This document shows positions 30,203 through 40,056 of a stretch of 64,000 nt of DNA, piece after piece. The DNA comes from Methanocaldococcus sp. 16A (GTDB lineage Archaea; AGJL01; Methanococci; Methanococcales; Methanocaldococcaceae). Position numbers and translations under genes: made by a program. The stretch is from the NCBI GenBank assembly GCA_049860595.1, contig CP187551.1. One strand, given 5' to 3'. A model generated the notes under the pieces. It was given only the letters and a program-made list of their open reading frames with translations, had not been told where the DNA came from and searched no databases. The stretch's first letter is position 1. Every line of letters begins with the position of its first letter.

Positions 30203-30511
30203 ATGGAATACATATACGCAGCTTTATTATTGCACAGCGCAGGAAAAGAAATCACAGAAGATGCAGTTAAAGCAGTTTTATCAGCTGCAGGTATTGATGT
30301 AGATGAGGCAAGAGTTAAAGCATTAGTTGCTGGATTAGAAGGAGTAGATATCGAAGAAGCTATCGCAAATGCTGCAATGCCTGTCGCTGCAGCTCCTGCT
30401 GCTGCAGCTCCAGCAGCAGCTGCTGAAGAGAAGAAAGAAGAAGAGAAAAAAGAAGAGAAAAAAGAAGACGATGGAGCAGCAGTTGCAGGATTGGCTGCTT
30501 TATTCGGATAA
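30203..30511 (+). CDS. rpl12: 50S ribosomal protein L12 (P1)
   Basis: [11 protein letters not shown], Ala-rich hinge, acidic tail GLAALFG. Confidence 0.97.
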   Translation: MEYIYAALLLHSAGKEITEDAVKAVLSAAGIDVDEARVKALVAGLEGVDIEEAIANAAMPVAAAPAAAAPAAAAEEKKEEEKKEEKKEDDGAAVAGLAALFG

Positions 30512-30665
30512 ATTCTCTACCTTTCTTTTTTTATTTTTAAACACTATATCCATTAATTTAAATATATAAATTATATGGGACGTTTAAAAGTATTTATATA
30601 TAAAGTATTTATATATGAGGTTTTTATATAATATTTAAGTTATCTACAAAGATGTGGTGAAAATC

Positions 30666-31208
30666 ATGGAACCAGAGATTAAGATTGTTAATGTTGTAGT
30701 TTCAACAAAAATTGGAGACAATATTGATTTAGAAGAGGTTGCTATGATTTTAGAAAACGCTGAATACGAACCTGAACAATTCCCTGGATTGGTTTGTAGG
30801 TTATCAGTCCCAAAAGTGGCTTTACTCATATTCAGAAGTGGAAAGGTAAATTGTACTGGGGCTAAAAGCAAAGAAGAGGCTGAGATAGCCATTAAAAAAA
30901 TTATAAGAGAGTTAAAAGATGCAGGATTTGATGTTATTGAAAATCCAGAGATTAAAATTCAAAATATGGTTGCTACAGCTGATTTAGGAATTGAGCCTAA
31001 TTTGGATGATATTGCATTAATGGTTGAAGGTACTGAGTATGAACCAGAACAATTCCCAGGTCTTGTTTATAGGTTAGATGACCCAAAGGTTGTTGTTTTA
31101 ATCTTTGGTAGTGGTAAGGTTGTTATTACTGGTTTAAAAAGTGAAGAAGATGCTAAAAGGGCTTTAAAAAAGATTTTAGATACAATAAAAGAAGTTCAAG
31201 AACTTTAA
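30666..31208 (+). CDS. tbp: TATA-box-binding protein
   Basis: Two YEPEQFPGLV repeats. Confidence 0.97.
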   Translation: MEPEIKIVNVVVSTKIGDNIDLEEVAMILENAEYEPEQFPGLVCRLSVPKVALLIFRSGKVNCTGAKSKEEAEIAIKKIIRELKDAGFDVIENPEIKIQNMVATADLGIEPNLDDIALMVEGTEYEPEQFPGLVYRLDDPKVVVLIFGSGKVVITGLKSEEDAKRALKKILDTIKEVQEL

Positions 31209-31223
31209 ATTTTAGGGATTGAA

Positions 31224-31814
31224 ATGATTGGCATCATAGATTACAACGCAGGGAATTTGAGAAGTATTCAAAAGGCAGTAGAACTTTATGATAAAGCAAT
31301 AATAACAAACAACAGTGAAGAGCTATTAGCATGTGATAAGGTAATTTTGCCAGGTGTAGGGAATTTTGGTAGTGCAATGGAAAATTTATCTAAATTAAAA
31401 GAGACAATATACAAAATCATTGATGATAAAGTTCCTTTCTTGGGGATATGTTTAGGAATGCAAGTTTTATTTGAAGAAAGTGAAGAGAAAAAAGGAATTA
31501 AGGGATTAGGAATTATAAAAGGCAATGTAATTAAATTTAGGAATGTCGAGAAACTTCCACACATGGGATGGAATAATGTAAAAATAGTTAAAGACTGTCC
31601 ATTGTTTGAGGGAATAAAAGATAACAGCTACTTTTACTTTGTCCATTCATATCATGTAAATCCTTCTGAAGATTGTATAGTAGGAATAACGGAATATGAG
31701 ATATGGTTTCCAAGCGTTATAAATAAAGATAACATTTATGCTACTCAATTTCACCCAGAAAAAAGTGGAAAAATTGGATTAAAAATTATAGAAAACTTTG
31801 TTGAGTTATTATAA
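31224..31814 (+). CDS. hisH: Imidazole glycerol phosphate synthase subunit HisH
   Basis: LPGVG, LGICLGMQ, PHMGWN, QFHPEKS. Confidence 0.96.
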   Translation: MIGIIDYNAGNLRSIQKAVELYDKAIITNNSEELLACDKVILPGVGNFGSAMENLSKLKETIYKIIDDKVPFLGICLGMQVLFEESEEKKGIKGLGIIKGNVIKFRNVEKLPHMGWNNVKIVKDCPLFEGIKDNSYFYFVHSYHVNPSEDCIVGITEYEIWFPSVINKDNIYATQFHPEKSGKIGLKIIENFVELL

Positions 31815-31818
31815 TAAT

Positions 31819-32559
31819 TTAATTTTTTGATGTTTCATTTAAAAATTTATCTAAAAATTCTAAGCCTCCACCATAATTTACTGCCTTTGGATGAATTGAC
31901 AGAAAAAACTGTCGATTTTCTTTTATGCTTAGTTTATAATCAATTACTGCAAGATATTCAGCTATTTTTTCTAAATACTTTGGAAGATACCACGTATATT
32001 CTCTATTTGTTATTTTAATAGGATGTATTTTTCCATTCCTGTCTATTATCATTTTGTTTTTTAGGATTATTGTCATATTTTTCTCTAAGAATAATTTTTC
32101 AGCATCTTTTGATAATGCATATCTTGGTGGAATAAAGTATTTAATTTCTTTAGGATTAAATTCACATTGCTCTAAAATTTTAAACGATTTATTTAGTTTT
32201 TCTTCTGCAACACTTTTATTGCAATTGAACTCCTCCCCTATGTGATTGTAAGCGTGAAACTCTATATGATAACCTTCTTTCTCCAATTTATGTAAATAAG
32301 CAGTAAATTCTGGATAATCCCTCAAATTATATTTATTTGCATGATTAACAATTAAGAAAAGATATGTTCTATTTTGGTAATTATGCTTGTTAATAATTTT
32401 TTCAATCTCCTTTAATTCATCAAAATATACTGGAGAGACATCATGAATTAATATTATAGGCTTATTTTGCTTATTTTGGATATTGTCACTAAAAATAAAA
32501 GAGAATAAAATAATAAATAAGATAAATATAGAAAATAAGAAAAGCAAAGTTTTATTCAT
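31819..32559 (-). CDS. DUF2334 / polysaccharide deacetylase-like membrane-anchored protein
   Basis: N-terminal TM; IHDVSP, HAYNH, FIPPRY, SIHP. Confidence 0.7.
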   Translation of the reverse strand: MNKTLLFLFSIFILFIILFSFIFSDNIQNKQNKPIILIHDVSPVYFDELKEIEKIINKHNYQNRTYLFLIVNHANKYNLRDYPEFTAYLHKLEKEGYHIEFHAYNHIGEEFNCNKSVAEEKLNKSFKILEQCEFNPKEIKYFIPPRYALSKDAEKLFLEKNMTIILKNKMIIDRNGKIHPIKITNREYTWYLPKYLEKIAEYLAVIDYKLSIKENRQFFLSIHPKAVNYGGGLEFLDKFLNETSKN

Positions 32560-32576
32560 AAGTTTCACTTAATTTA

Positions 32577-33158
32577 TTATTCTTCTTTTTTCTTTTTAAT
32601 TCTTGGCATACATAAAATTTCTCTTGCCTCTATGTTAAAGAAAGTGTTCATATTAGCAGGCTTTATAACCATTGCTGTATCTGCCCCTCTACCTGTCCCT
32701 CCAATAGCTATAACTTCTTCTTTTGCTTTTATTAAACCAGCATCACATGCCATAATTGTGATTTCATAGCAAACCTTAACTCCCTGCCCAAAAGTTCTTA
32801 ATGTCTCAGCAATAACTTGAACAGGCCCATAACCTCCCAACTTATTTGAAATTCCTCTTTCAACTCCACTTAAAGCATGACTTCCCCTAAATATCTTAGC
32901 TCCTCTTTTCTTTAATTCTTCTTCAACCTCTTTATCCATTGAAATTATATCCTCTCCATAAAATCCCTGATGATATGTAACAACAACAACATTTAGATCT
33001 AATTTTTCTTTCTCTAACAAGTCAAGTAATTTTTTAGCAGTCTCTCCTGTTGAAGATGCAACAACAATACTTTTTATATCCCCCTTCTTAGCTCTCTCTA
33101 CAGCTATTTTTAATGTTTCATCAGTGTTCTGCTTTCCAGGATATTCAAAGAGTTTCAT
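32577..33158 (-). CDS. Pyruvate kinase C-terminal-like (MTH1675-type) protein
   Basis: [43 protein letters not shown]. Confidence 0.8.
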   Translation of the reverse strand: MKLFEYPGKQNTDETLKIAVERAKKGDIKSIVVASSTGETAKKLLDLLEKEKLDLNVVVVTYHQGFYGEDIISMDKEVEEELKKRGAKIFRGSHALSGVERGISNKLGGYGPVQVIAETLRTFGQGVKVCYEITIMACDAGLIKAKEEVIAIGGTGRGADTAMVIKPANMNTFFNIEAREILCMPRIKKKKEE

Positions 33159-33182
33159 ATTATCACCTACAACTATCTTATT

Positions 33183-34379
33183 TTAGTTTTTATTTCTATT
33201 CTTTAAGACCTCCTCAACAATCTCTTTAAAGACATCATCAGTTATAAATTTACCTTCCTCTCTAACTTCTTTAACTTTTTTAACTATCTCACACAACATC
33301 TCTTTATCATAATCAATACCCATAAGCTTTAATTTATAAGCAACAGCTCTACATCCAGAATGCTTTCCTAACAAAATATTTCTCTTAAGCCCTATTTTCT
33401 CTGGAAGGAATGGCTCATAGGTTAATGGATTCTCTATGACAGCATCAACATGAATTCCACTTTCATGGGCAAATACAAGCTCTCCAACTATTGGCTTATT
33501 CTTTGGAACTTTTATTCCAGAATACTCCTCAACCATCTTACATAATTCTGGCAGAACTTCCAAATTTAATCCCAAATCAACATCATATAAAACAGTTAAA
33601 GCCATAATTAGCTCTTCTAAAGCTGCATTTCCAGCTCTTTCTCCAATACCATTAACTGTTGTTGAAACTGCCTTAGCTCCTCCAATTAAACCATATATTG
33701 AATTTATAACTGCAAATCCAAAGTCGTTGTGGCAGTGAACTCCTATATGAGCCTTTTTTAAGTTTTCTTTTAATGTTCTACAGATAAATTCCATACTTTG
33801 TGGTGTAGCACATCCAACAGTATCTGCAATATGAACCCTATCAGCCCCTGCCTCTTCAGCTGCTCTATGCACTTTAATTAAATCCTCTATTGGAGTTCTT
33901 GTAGCATCTTCAGCAGAGAAAGCAACAAATAAGCCATGTTCTTTTGCATATTCAACTGCCTCAACTCCCATTTTTAAGATATCATCTAAGCTTTTGTTGT
34001 TAAATTTATATTTTAAATGTAATGGTGAAGTGGCAATAAAGGTAATTATCCCATCTACATCACATTCAATTGCCTTATCAATATCCTTCTTTAAAGCCCT
34101 ACATAAAGCTAAGATATCTGCATTTAACCCCTCATTTGCTATTGTTTTAACTATATCTGCCTCTCTCTCAGAGACTATTGGGAAACCAGCTTCAATCTGC
34201 TTTAATCCAAGCTCATCTAATTTCCTTGCTATCTCTAATTTTTGTTCTTTGGTGAAGCAAACCCCTGGAGTTTGTTCTCCATCTCTTAAGGTTGTGTCAT
34301 ATATGTAGATATCTTTTAAATCCAATTTTGGATTGTATGGACAGATAGCTTTCCAGCTACTCTCAAACAAAAAGTCCAT
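33183..34379 (-). CDS. aksA: Homocitrate synthase AksA (coenzyme B pathway)
   Basis: DTTLRDGEQ, HCHNDFG, GIGERAGN, HESGIH; lacks LeuA regulatory domain. Confidence 0.85.
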   Translation of the reverse strand: MDFLFESSWKAICPYNPKLDLKDIYIYDTTLRDGEQTPGVCFTKEQKLEIARKLDELGLKQIEAGFPIVSEREADIVKTIANEGLNADILALCRALKKDIDKAIECDVDGIITFIATSPLHLKYKFNNKSLDDILKMGVEAVEYAKEHGLFVAFSAEDATRTPIEDLIKVHRAAEEAGADRVHIADTVGCATPQSMEFICRTLKENLKKAHIGVHCHNDFGFAVINSIYGLIGGAKAVSTTVNGIGERAGNAALEELIMALTVLYDVDLGLNLEVLPELCKMVEEYSGIKVPKNKPIVGELVFAHESGIHVDAVIENPLTYEPFLPEKIGLKRNILLGKHSGCRAVAYKLKLMGIDYDKEMLCEIVKKVKEVREEGKFITDDVFKEIVEEVLKNRNKN

Positions 34380-34499
34380 AAATATCACCAACATTTGCAG
34401 TAATGAATTTTTTATTGTTTTTTATATGGTATTGATAATTAAAGGAGCTAAATATCTTATTAATATTTTAAAGATTTTTATTATTCAAATTATTATTAA

Positions 34500-35783
34500 T
34501 TATTTTATCTCTATCTTAGCTCCTAAATTTTTCATAACATCAACAAAATTTGGGAAAGATATTTTTACTGCCTCTTCTCCTTCAATTACAGTTTCTCCAT
34601 CTGCTTTTAAACCAGCTATGGTAAATGCCATAACTAATCTGTGGTCATTATAAGTGTTTAACTTAGCCCCTTTTAATTTTTTAACTCCTCTTATAATCAA
34701 ACCATCTGGTTTTTCTTTAATATCTGCCCCCATCTTTTTTAACTCTACAGCACATGCCCTTAGTCTATCACATTCTTTCAATCTAACATGCTCTCCATTG
34801 TAAATTTCTGTCTTTCCTTCTGCAAAGCATCCAAGAACGGCAATAGTTGGTACTAAATCAGGAATATCTTTAACATCCACATCTATTCCTTCTAAGCTGT
34901 ACTCTCCATCAATAACAACTTTATCTTTTTTAACTTTAATATCTGCCCCCATCTCTTTGACAATGTCAATTATTGCTCTATCCCCCTGCTTTGAATTAGC
35001 AAATAAATTTTCAATAACTAAATTTGAATTTATTAAAACCCCTGCTGCTACTAAATATGAAGCTGATGAGTAATCTCCTTCAACAATATAATTTATCGCC
35101 CTATATTTCTGATTTCCATAAACTAAAAATCCATTTTCTGTTTTATCAATTTTTATACCAAATCTATTTAAAATATCTAATGTTATGTCAATATATGGCT
35201 TAGATTTTAATGGAGTTGTTAAAATTATCTCAGTATCTTCTTTATTAAAAGGCAGAAGCATCATCAAAGAAGTTATAAATTGAGAGCTAACATCCCCTCT
35301 AATCTTTACAACATTCCCATCTATTTTAGAGCTCTTAACAATTATTGGTGCAGTTCCATCCATTTTTGATGAAAATGCATCTATATTTATCTGTTTTAGA
35401 GCATCCAATAAAGGTTGCATTGGTCTCCTTCTTATTGAATCATCTCCTGTTAAAATTGCATATCCTTTTGGTATTTGGGAAGATATAGAGGTTAATATCC
35501 TTAAGGTTGTTCCACTATTTCCAATATCTATAATGTTGTCTGGTGTTTTTAACTCTCCACCTTTAACAGACCATTCATCCTTTTCTTTATCTAAAGTTAT
35601 CTCAGCTCCAAGCATTCTACAGCCATGAACTGACGATAAGCAATCAGCTCCCCAGAGAGGGTTTATTATTCTGCTTTCTCCATCAGCTAAAGAAGCCCCA
35701 ATAACTGCTCTATGAGTATAGGACTTTGAAGGCGGAGCTTTAACTGTTCCTTCCAATCTGAAGGTTTTTCTCACAATTAACAA
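34500..35783 (-). CDS. aroA: 3-phosphoshikimate 1-carboxyvinyltransferase
   Basis: PPSKSYTHRA, GNSGTT, SSQF, RLKECDR, DHRLVMA. Confidence 0.96.
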   Translation of the reverse strand: MLIVRKTFRLEGTVKAPPSKSYTHRAVIGASLADGESRIINPLWGADCLSSVHGCRMLGAEITLDKEKDEWSVKGGELKTPDNIIDIGNSGTTLRILTSISSQIPKGYAILTGDDSIRRRPMQPLLDALKQINIDAFSSKMDGTAPIIVKSSKIDGNVVKIRGDVSSQFITSLMMLLPFNKEDTEIILTTPLKSKPYIDITLDILNRFGIKIDKTENGFLVYGNQKYRAINYIVEGDYSSASYLVAAGVLINSNLVIENLFANSKQGDRAIIDIVKEMGADIKVKKDKVVIDGEYSLEGIDVDVKDIPDLVPTIAVLGCFAEGKTEIYNGEHVRLKECDRLRACAVELKKMGADIKEKPDGLIIRGVKKLKGAKLNTYNDHRLVMAFTIAGLKADGETVIEGEEAVKISFPNFVDVMKNLGAKIEIK

Positions 35784-35933
35784 ACTATCACCATCAATAC
35801 TATTAACATTAAAAAATTAAAAATCTACTTTAAAATTTGTAATTTTATTTTATATCTCTTACTCTTAAATTTAAAAAAATAATAAAAAATAATATTTTCA
35901 ATGATTTTCCAAATTTACCATAAGTTGTCGCTA

Positions 35934-35965
35934 AGAAACTCTGCTTTAGGGCGGTGATGAATTCA
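35934..35965 (+). mobile_element. Possible decayed right end of an IS200/IS605-family element
   Basis: AGAAACTCTGCTTTAGGGCGGTGATGAATTCA resembles the GAAGCC.CGCC.TTTAGGGCGG..G....TCA right-end motif; isolated GC-rich patch in AT-rich spacer. Confidence 0.45.
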
Positions 35966-36049
35966 GATGAATGTTTTAATCAATAACATCATATTTCCAA
36001 TAAAAGCATTTTTTAAGCCCCTTATGCTTTTTAAATCTGATATATTCAT
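35963..36049 (-). pseudogene. Relic fragment resembling the DUF364 gene
   Basis: MNISDLKSIRGLKNAFIGNMMLLIKTFI*; 35987-36008 is the exact reverse complement of 44336-44357 (AFIGNMM). Confidence 0.45.
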
Positions 36050-36154
36050 AATTTAAAAATTTGTATTAATATATTTTTAGACGTATTTTTAGCTTTTACT
36101 TAAAAAAGATTTGTGATTTAATAAGTTAAATTGTATGTATAAATTAAAAAAAGC

Positions 36155-36397
36155 TTAATTTTTATCAATAACTAATTCTATAGCATTTACTGGACAAACT
36201 TCCATACAAGCTCCACATCCTCCACACAAATCTTGATTAACCACCTTAACAATCCCTTCCTCTACTATTATAACAACCTCATCTGTTTCAGGCCCCTTTC
36301 CTCCCCAAACTCCCGGGTCTTTTGCATTAACGGAGCATGAGACAACGCAATTTCCACAACCATGGCATCTCTCTGGATAAACAACCAACTTATACAT
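36155..36397 (-). CDS. fwdG: Formylmethanofuran dehydrogenase ferredoxin subunit G
   Basis: RCHGCGNCVVSC.VNA...GGKGP; CGGCGACMEVCP; follows fwdF. Confidence 0.85.
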   Translation of the reverse strand: MYKLVVYPERCHGCGNCVVSCSVNAKDPGVWGGKGPETDEVVIIVEEGIVKVVNQDLCGGCGACMEVCPVNAIELVIDKN

Positions 36398-36409
36398 TTA
36401 ACCACCTCT

Positions 36410-37474
36410 TTATTCAGTTGCTAAATTTTCAAATGCTTTTTTCCAAGCTATTGGTTTTGTTTTTGTTATGCTAATCTCTTTCCTTACAACTTTTATTGCA
36501 TTAACTGGACATGCCTTAGCACAAGCCCCACATAAAACACAGAGGTTTTGATTAACAACCAATCTTGAAACTTTTTCAGCTTTATCTTTTGGTTTAGGGA
36601 ATTCTAAGGCATTACATGGACATATGGCAACACAAGCTTCACAAGCGTTACATGCATCAACATCAATTATAACTTCTCCTTTGAATGGTTTCTCAACTTC
36701 AATAGCCTCTGCTGGACATATAAAAGCACACCATCCACAAGCAACGCATAAATCTTCATTAATATTAACATTCCCTTTAATATCCTCATACAACTTTGCC
36801 TTTGGAATCTTTTTCATCAAAGGACATTTATAACAAATAACCTCTATTGCATCATGTGGACAGACATATTCACAAACTTTACAGTAAACACACTTATCTT
36901 TATCAACTTCAATGTCAGTTATTGGTTTTGGATTTGTTGGTGTTGGGTGATTATATTTTAAGTTTATAGCATCTGCTGGACAATATTCAGCACAAATTCC
37001 ACAGAAGACACAGTTCTCTTTATTTATGTTAATTTCTCCAATAACAAACTTCTTCCTCTCAGCTAAACTTCTTTCTACTGTTATAGCATATTGAGGACAG
37101 ACCATCTCACACTGCCCACATAAAACACATTTATCTTGATAAATTTTGATACTCTTCCTTTTAATCTTTGGATATTTTTCATCCTCTTTTATTGATTTTC
37201 CATTGATTTTTAAATCCATTGCATCAAATGGGCAAGATGCAGCACATAATCCACATAAAACACATTTTTCTTCATCAATATCTAACTTTGGAGCTTCAAT
37301 GAGACCTTTAGCTATCGCTCCTAAAGGACCCAACACAATTGCCTTTGTTGGGCAGATGTCATAGCAGATACCGCAACCAACACATAGGTAATCATTCCAC
37401 ATTAACTCCCTTTTTTCAAAACCCTTTCTTGAGATTGTTATAACACCATTATAAACATCCTTTATCTGTTGCAA
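36410..37474 (-). CDS. fwdF: Formylmethanofuran dehydrogenase polyferredoxin subunit F
   Basis: Eight CxxCxxCxxxCP motifs; LGPLGAIAKG; TTG start after GGTGG. Confidence 0.88.
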   Translation of the reverse strand: MQQIKDVYNGVITISRKGFEKRELMWNDYLCVGCGICYDICPTKAIVLGPLGAIAKGLIEAPKLDIDEEKCVLCGLCAASCPFDAMDLKINGKSIKEDEKYPKIKRKSIKIYQDKCVLCGQCEMVCPQYAITVERSLAERKKFVIGEININKENCVFCGICAEYCPADAINLKYNHPTPTNPKPITDIEVDKDKCVYCKVCEYVCPHDAIEVICYKCPLMKKIPKAKLYEDIKGNVNINEDLCVACGWCAFICPAEAIEVEKPFKGEVIIDVDACNACEACVAICPCNALEFPKPKDKAEKVSRLVVNQNLCVLCGACAKACPVNAIKVVRKEISITKTKPIAWKKAFENLATE

Positions 37475-37677
37475 GATACCACCTCTAAAAGAAATACTAA
37501 AAATTAAAATATTTGTATTTTTATATGTTTTTTATTTAAGTTACATATCATCGAATTATAAAAACTATTGCAAATAAATATTTTTTGTCTTAATCATAAG
37601 TCGTAACTTATATATATAAAATACCTGACTATATAATGTTGAAACATTACTAAAAGATATAAATTATGTAACCATAT

Positions 37678-37693
37678 TTAGTTACGTAACTAA
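37678..37693. promoter_or_regulatory. Perfect 16-bp palindrome TTAGTTACGTAACTAA, candidate operator
   Basis: Read directly, 25 bp before fmdE ATG in the divergent fwdF/fmdE spacer. Confidence 0.55.
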
Positions 37694-37718
37694 TTTTAAT
37701 TAACTCGGTGATAGTTGT

Positions 37719-38291
37719 ATGGATATTCTAAACTCTATAACTAACAAACTTGATGGAATTAAAAGGGAAGATATTGAAAAAGTCATTAATTTTCATGGTT
37801 GTTTAAGTCCCGGAGTTTTAATTGGAATCTTCATGTTTAATTTGGCTAAGAAAATCCTCAATATTGGTGAAAATGACAGAATTTATGCTATTTGTGAAAC
37901 CTACAATTGTGTTCCTGATGCTTTCCAAATTCTTGGAAGATGCACAACAGGAAATAAAAGATTAAAAATCAATGACACTGGAAAGATGGCTGTAACTGTA
38001 AATAAATGGGGAAAAGAAGGGGAAGTTGTTAAAGGAGTTAGAATAATTCTCGACCATAAAAAAACTGTCAAATATCCAAAACTTCATGCTTGGTATCTAA
38101 ACATTGAGAAAGTTTCTCATGATGATGTTATTTTAGAAATTATTGAAGCTGGAGAAGATGTCTATTCTTATGAGTTTGTTGATATTCTCGTTCCACACAA
38201 ACAAAAAAAATCTATAAAATTGTGTGAAATTTGCAAAGAACCTTTTATACAAAAAAGAAATGAAACTATCTGCTCATCTTGCCAAAATTAG
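37719..38291 (+). CDS. fmdE: FmdE family protein with C-terminal zinc finger
   Basis: FHGCLSPG, ETYNCVPDAFQ, CTTGN, CEICKE...CSSC. Confidence 0.88.
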   Translation: MDILNSITNKLDGIKREDIEKVINFHGCLSPGVLIGIFMFNLAKKILNIGENDRIYAICETYNCVPDAFQILGRCTTGNKRLKINDTGKMAVTVNKWGKEGEVVKGVRIILDHKKTVKYPKLHAWYLNIEKVSHDDVILEIIEAGEDVYSYEFVDILVPHKQKKSIKLCEICKEPFIQKRNETICSSCQN

Positions 38292-38306
38292 ATTTTTGGT
38301 GATATT

Positions 38307-40055
38307 ATGTATCTTGTAATAAAGAATGGATATGTATTTGACCCAATGAATAGAATTGATGGAGAAAAAATGGATATCTTTGTTAAAGATGGAAAGATTG
38401 TTGAGGAACTATCTCCAAATGAACTAAAAGATGCAAAAGTTATTGATGCTACAAACAAAACCGTAATGCCAGGAGGTGTTGATTCCCACACTCATGTTGC
38501 TGGACCTAAAGTTACTGTTGGTAGAATGATGTGTCCTGAGTATCAATACAAACACGTTGTGAAAAAAACTGATATAACTCACAGCGGTTCTGGAAATATC
38601 GTACCTTCAAGCTATGCTATGGGTTATAAATACACAATAATGGGTTATACAACTGTTTGCGAAGCCGCTACTCCTCCAATGCTCGCAAAACACACTCATG
38701 AAGAGCTAAAGCACGTCCCTATTTTAAATAAATGTGCATACCTAATGCTTGGAAACAATTGGTTTGTTATGAGGTATTTAAAAGAAGGAGATATTGAGAA
38801 AACTGCTGCCTACGTTGCGTGGATGCTCAAAACCCATAAATGTTTTGGGATTAAGTGTGTAAATCCTGCTGGTGTAGAGAACTGGGGTTGGGGTTTAAAT
38901 ATCTATTCCTTAGATGAGCCAAATTTGCATTTTGAAGTTACACCAAGAGAAATTATTAGAGGATTAGCAGAAGTTAATGAAATGCTTGGCTATCCAATGT
39001 CAATACATGTTCATGCCAATGGTTTAGGTCATCCAGGAAACTGGGAAATTGCAAGAGAAACACTAACAATCCCAAAAGACATAAAACCAAATCAAAAGGT
39101 TGAAATTGAAGAAGAAATAAAGACAAAAGTTCCTCATGAGAGAGAGCAGAGTATTTATTTAACTCATGTTCAGTTTAACGCATTTGGTGGAACTTCATGG
39201 AAAGATTTTGAATCTGGAACAAACGGAATTATTGACTATGTAAATAAATCAAAACATGTTGTTATTGACAGTGGTTGTGTTGTTTTTGGAAAAGCTATTT
39301 GTATGACGGGAGATGGTCCAAATCTATACGATTTGGCAGTTTTAACTGGAGGGAAATGGTCTAATGATGATGTTGAGTTGGAGTGTGGTTCTGGTATAGT
39401 TCCTTTCGCATACAGAAAGAAAAATGGTGTGCATAGTGTTCAGTGGGCGATGGGTTTAGAATTATTATTGGGAGTTAAAGACCCATGGAAGGTTGTTATG
39501 ACAACAGACAGTCCAAATGGAGGTCCATTTACAAACTATCCAAAAGTTATCTCATGGCTAATGTCTAAAAAGGCAAGGGAGGATTTGTTAAAAGAATGCC
39601 ACAAATGGGCTTCTGAAAGAACTGAGCTTCCAAACATTGATAGAGAAATGAGTTTATTTGAAATAGCAACAATTACAAGAGCTACACCAGCAAAAGCTGT
39701 TGGATTGGCTCCAATGAAAGGGCATTTAGGTGTTGGAGCAGATGCAGATATTGCCATCTATGATATAAACCCAGATACTTTGAATCCTAATGACTACAAT
39801 ACCATTGAAAAGAAGTTTTCTTGTACAGAATACACAATAAATGGAGGAATTATTGTTGCTCATAATGGAAAGATTGTTTCAACGCCTGATGGGACAACAT
39901 ATTACTGCAATACCAAATTCTCAGACGAAGAAATCTACAATGAAATGATTAAAGATGTTAAAGATTGGTTTAAGTATTATACGTTTGATTTCACCAATTA
40001 TCCAACAACAGAGCATTATTTAACAAAACCAACGCCAATAAATGTAGGTGAATAG
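38307..40055 (+). CDS. fmdA: Formylmethanofuran dehydrogenase subunit A (amidohydrolase)
   Basis: GGVDSHTH, GIKCVNP, HVHAN.LG.PGN, TTDSPNGGPF, GHLGVGADAD. Confidence 0.93.
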   Translation: MYLVIKNGYVFDPMNRIDGEKMDIFVKDGKIVEELSPNELKDAKVIDATNKTVMPGGVDSHTHVAGPKVTVGRMMCPEYQYKHVVKKTDITHSGSGNIVPSSYAMGYKYTIMGYTTVCEAATPPMLAKHTHEELKHVPILNKCAYLMLGNNWFVMRYLKEGDIEKTAAYVAWMLKTHKCFGIKCVNPAGVENWGWGLNIYSLDEPNLHFEVTPREIIRGLAEVNEMLGYPMSIHVHANGLGHPGNWEIARETLTIPKDIKPNQKVEIEEEIKTKVPHEREQSIYLTHVQFNAFGGTSWKDFESGTNGIIDYVNKSKHVVIDSGCVVFGKAICMTGDGPNLYDLAVLTGGKWSNDDVELECGSGIVPFAYRKKNGVHSVQWAMGLELLLGVKDPWKVVMTTDSPNGGPFTNYPKVISWLMSKKAREDLLKECHKWASERTELPNIDREMSLFEIATITRATPAKAVGLAPMKGHLGVGADADIAIYDINPDTLNPNDYNTIEKKFSCTEYTINGGIIVAHNGKIVSTPDGTTYYCNTKFSDEEIYNEMIKDVKDWFKYYTFDFTNYPTTEHYLTKPTPINVGE

Positions 40056-40056
40056 C

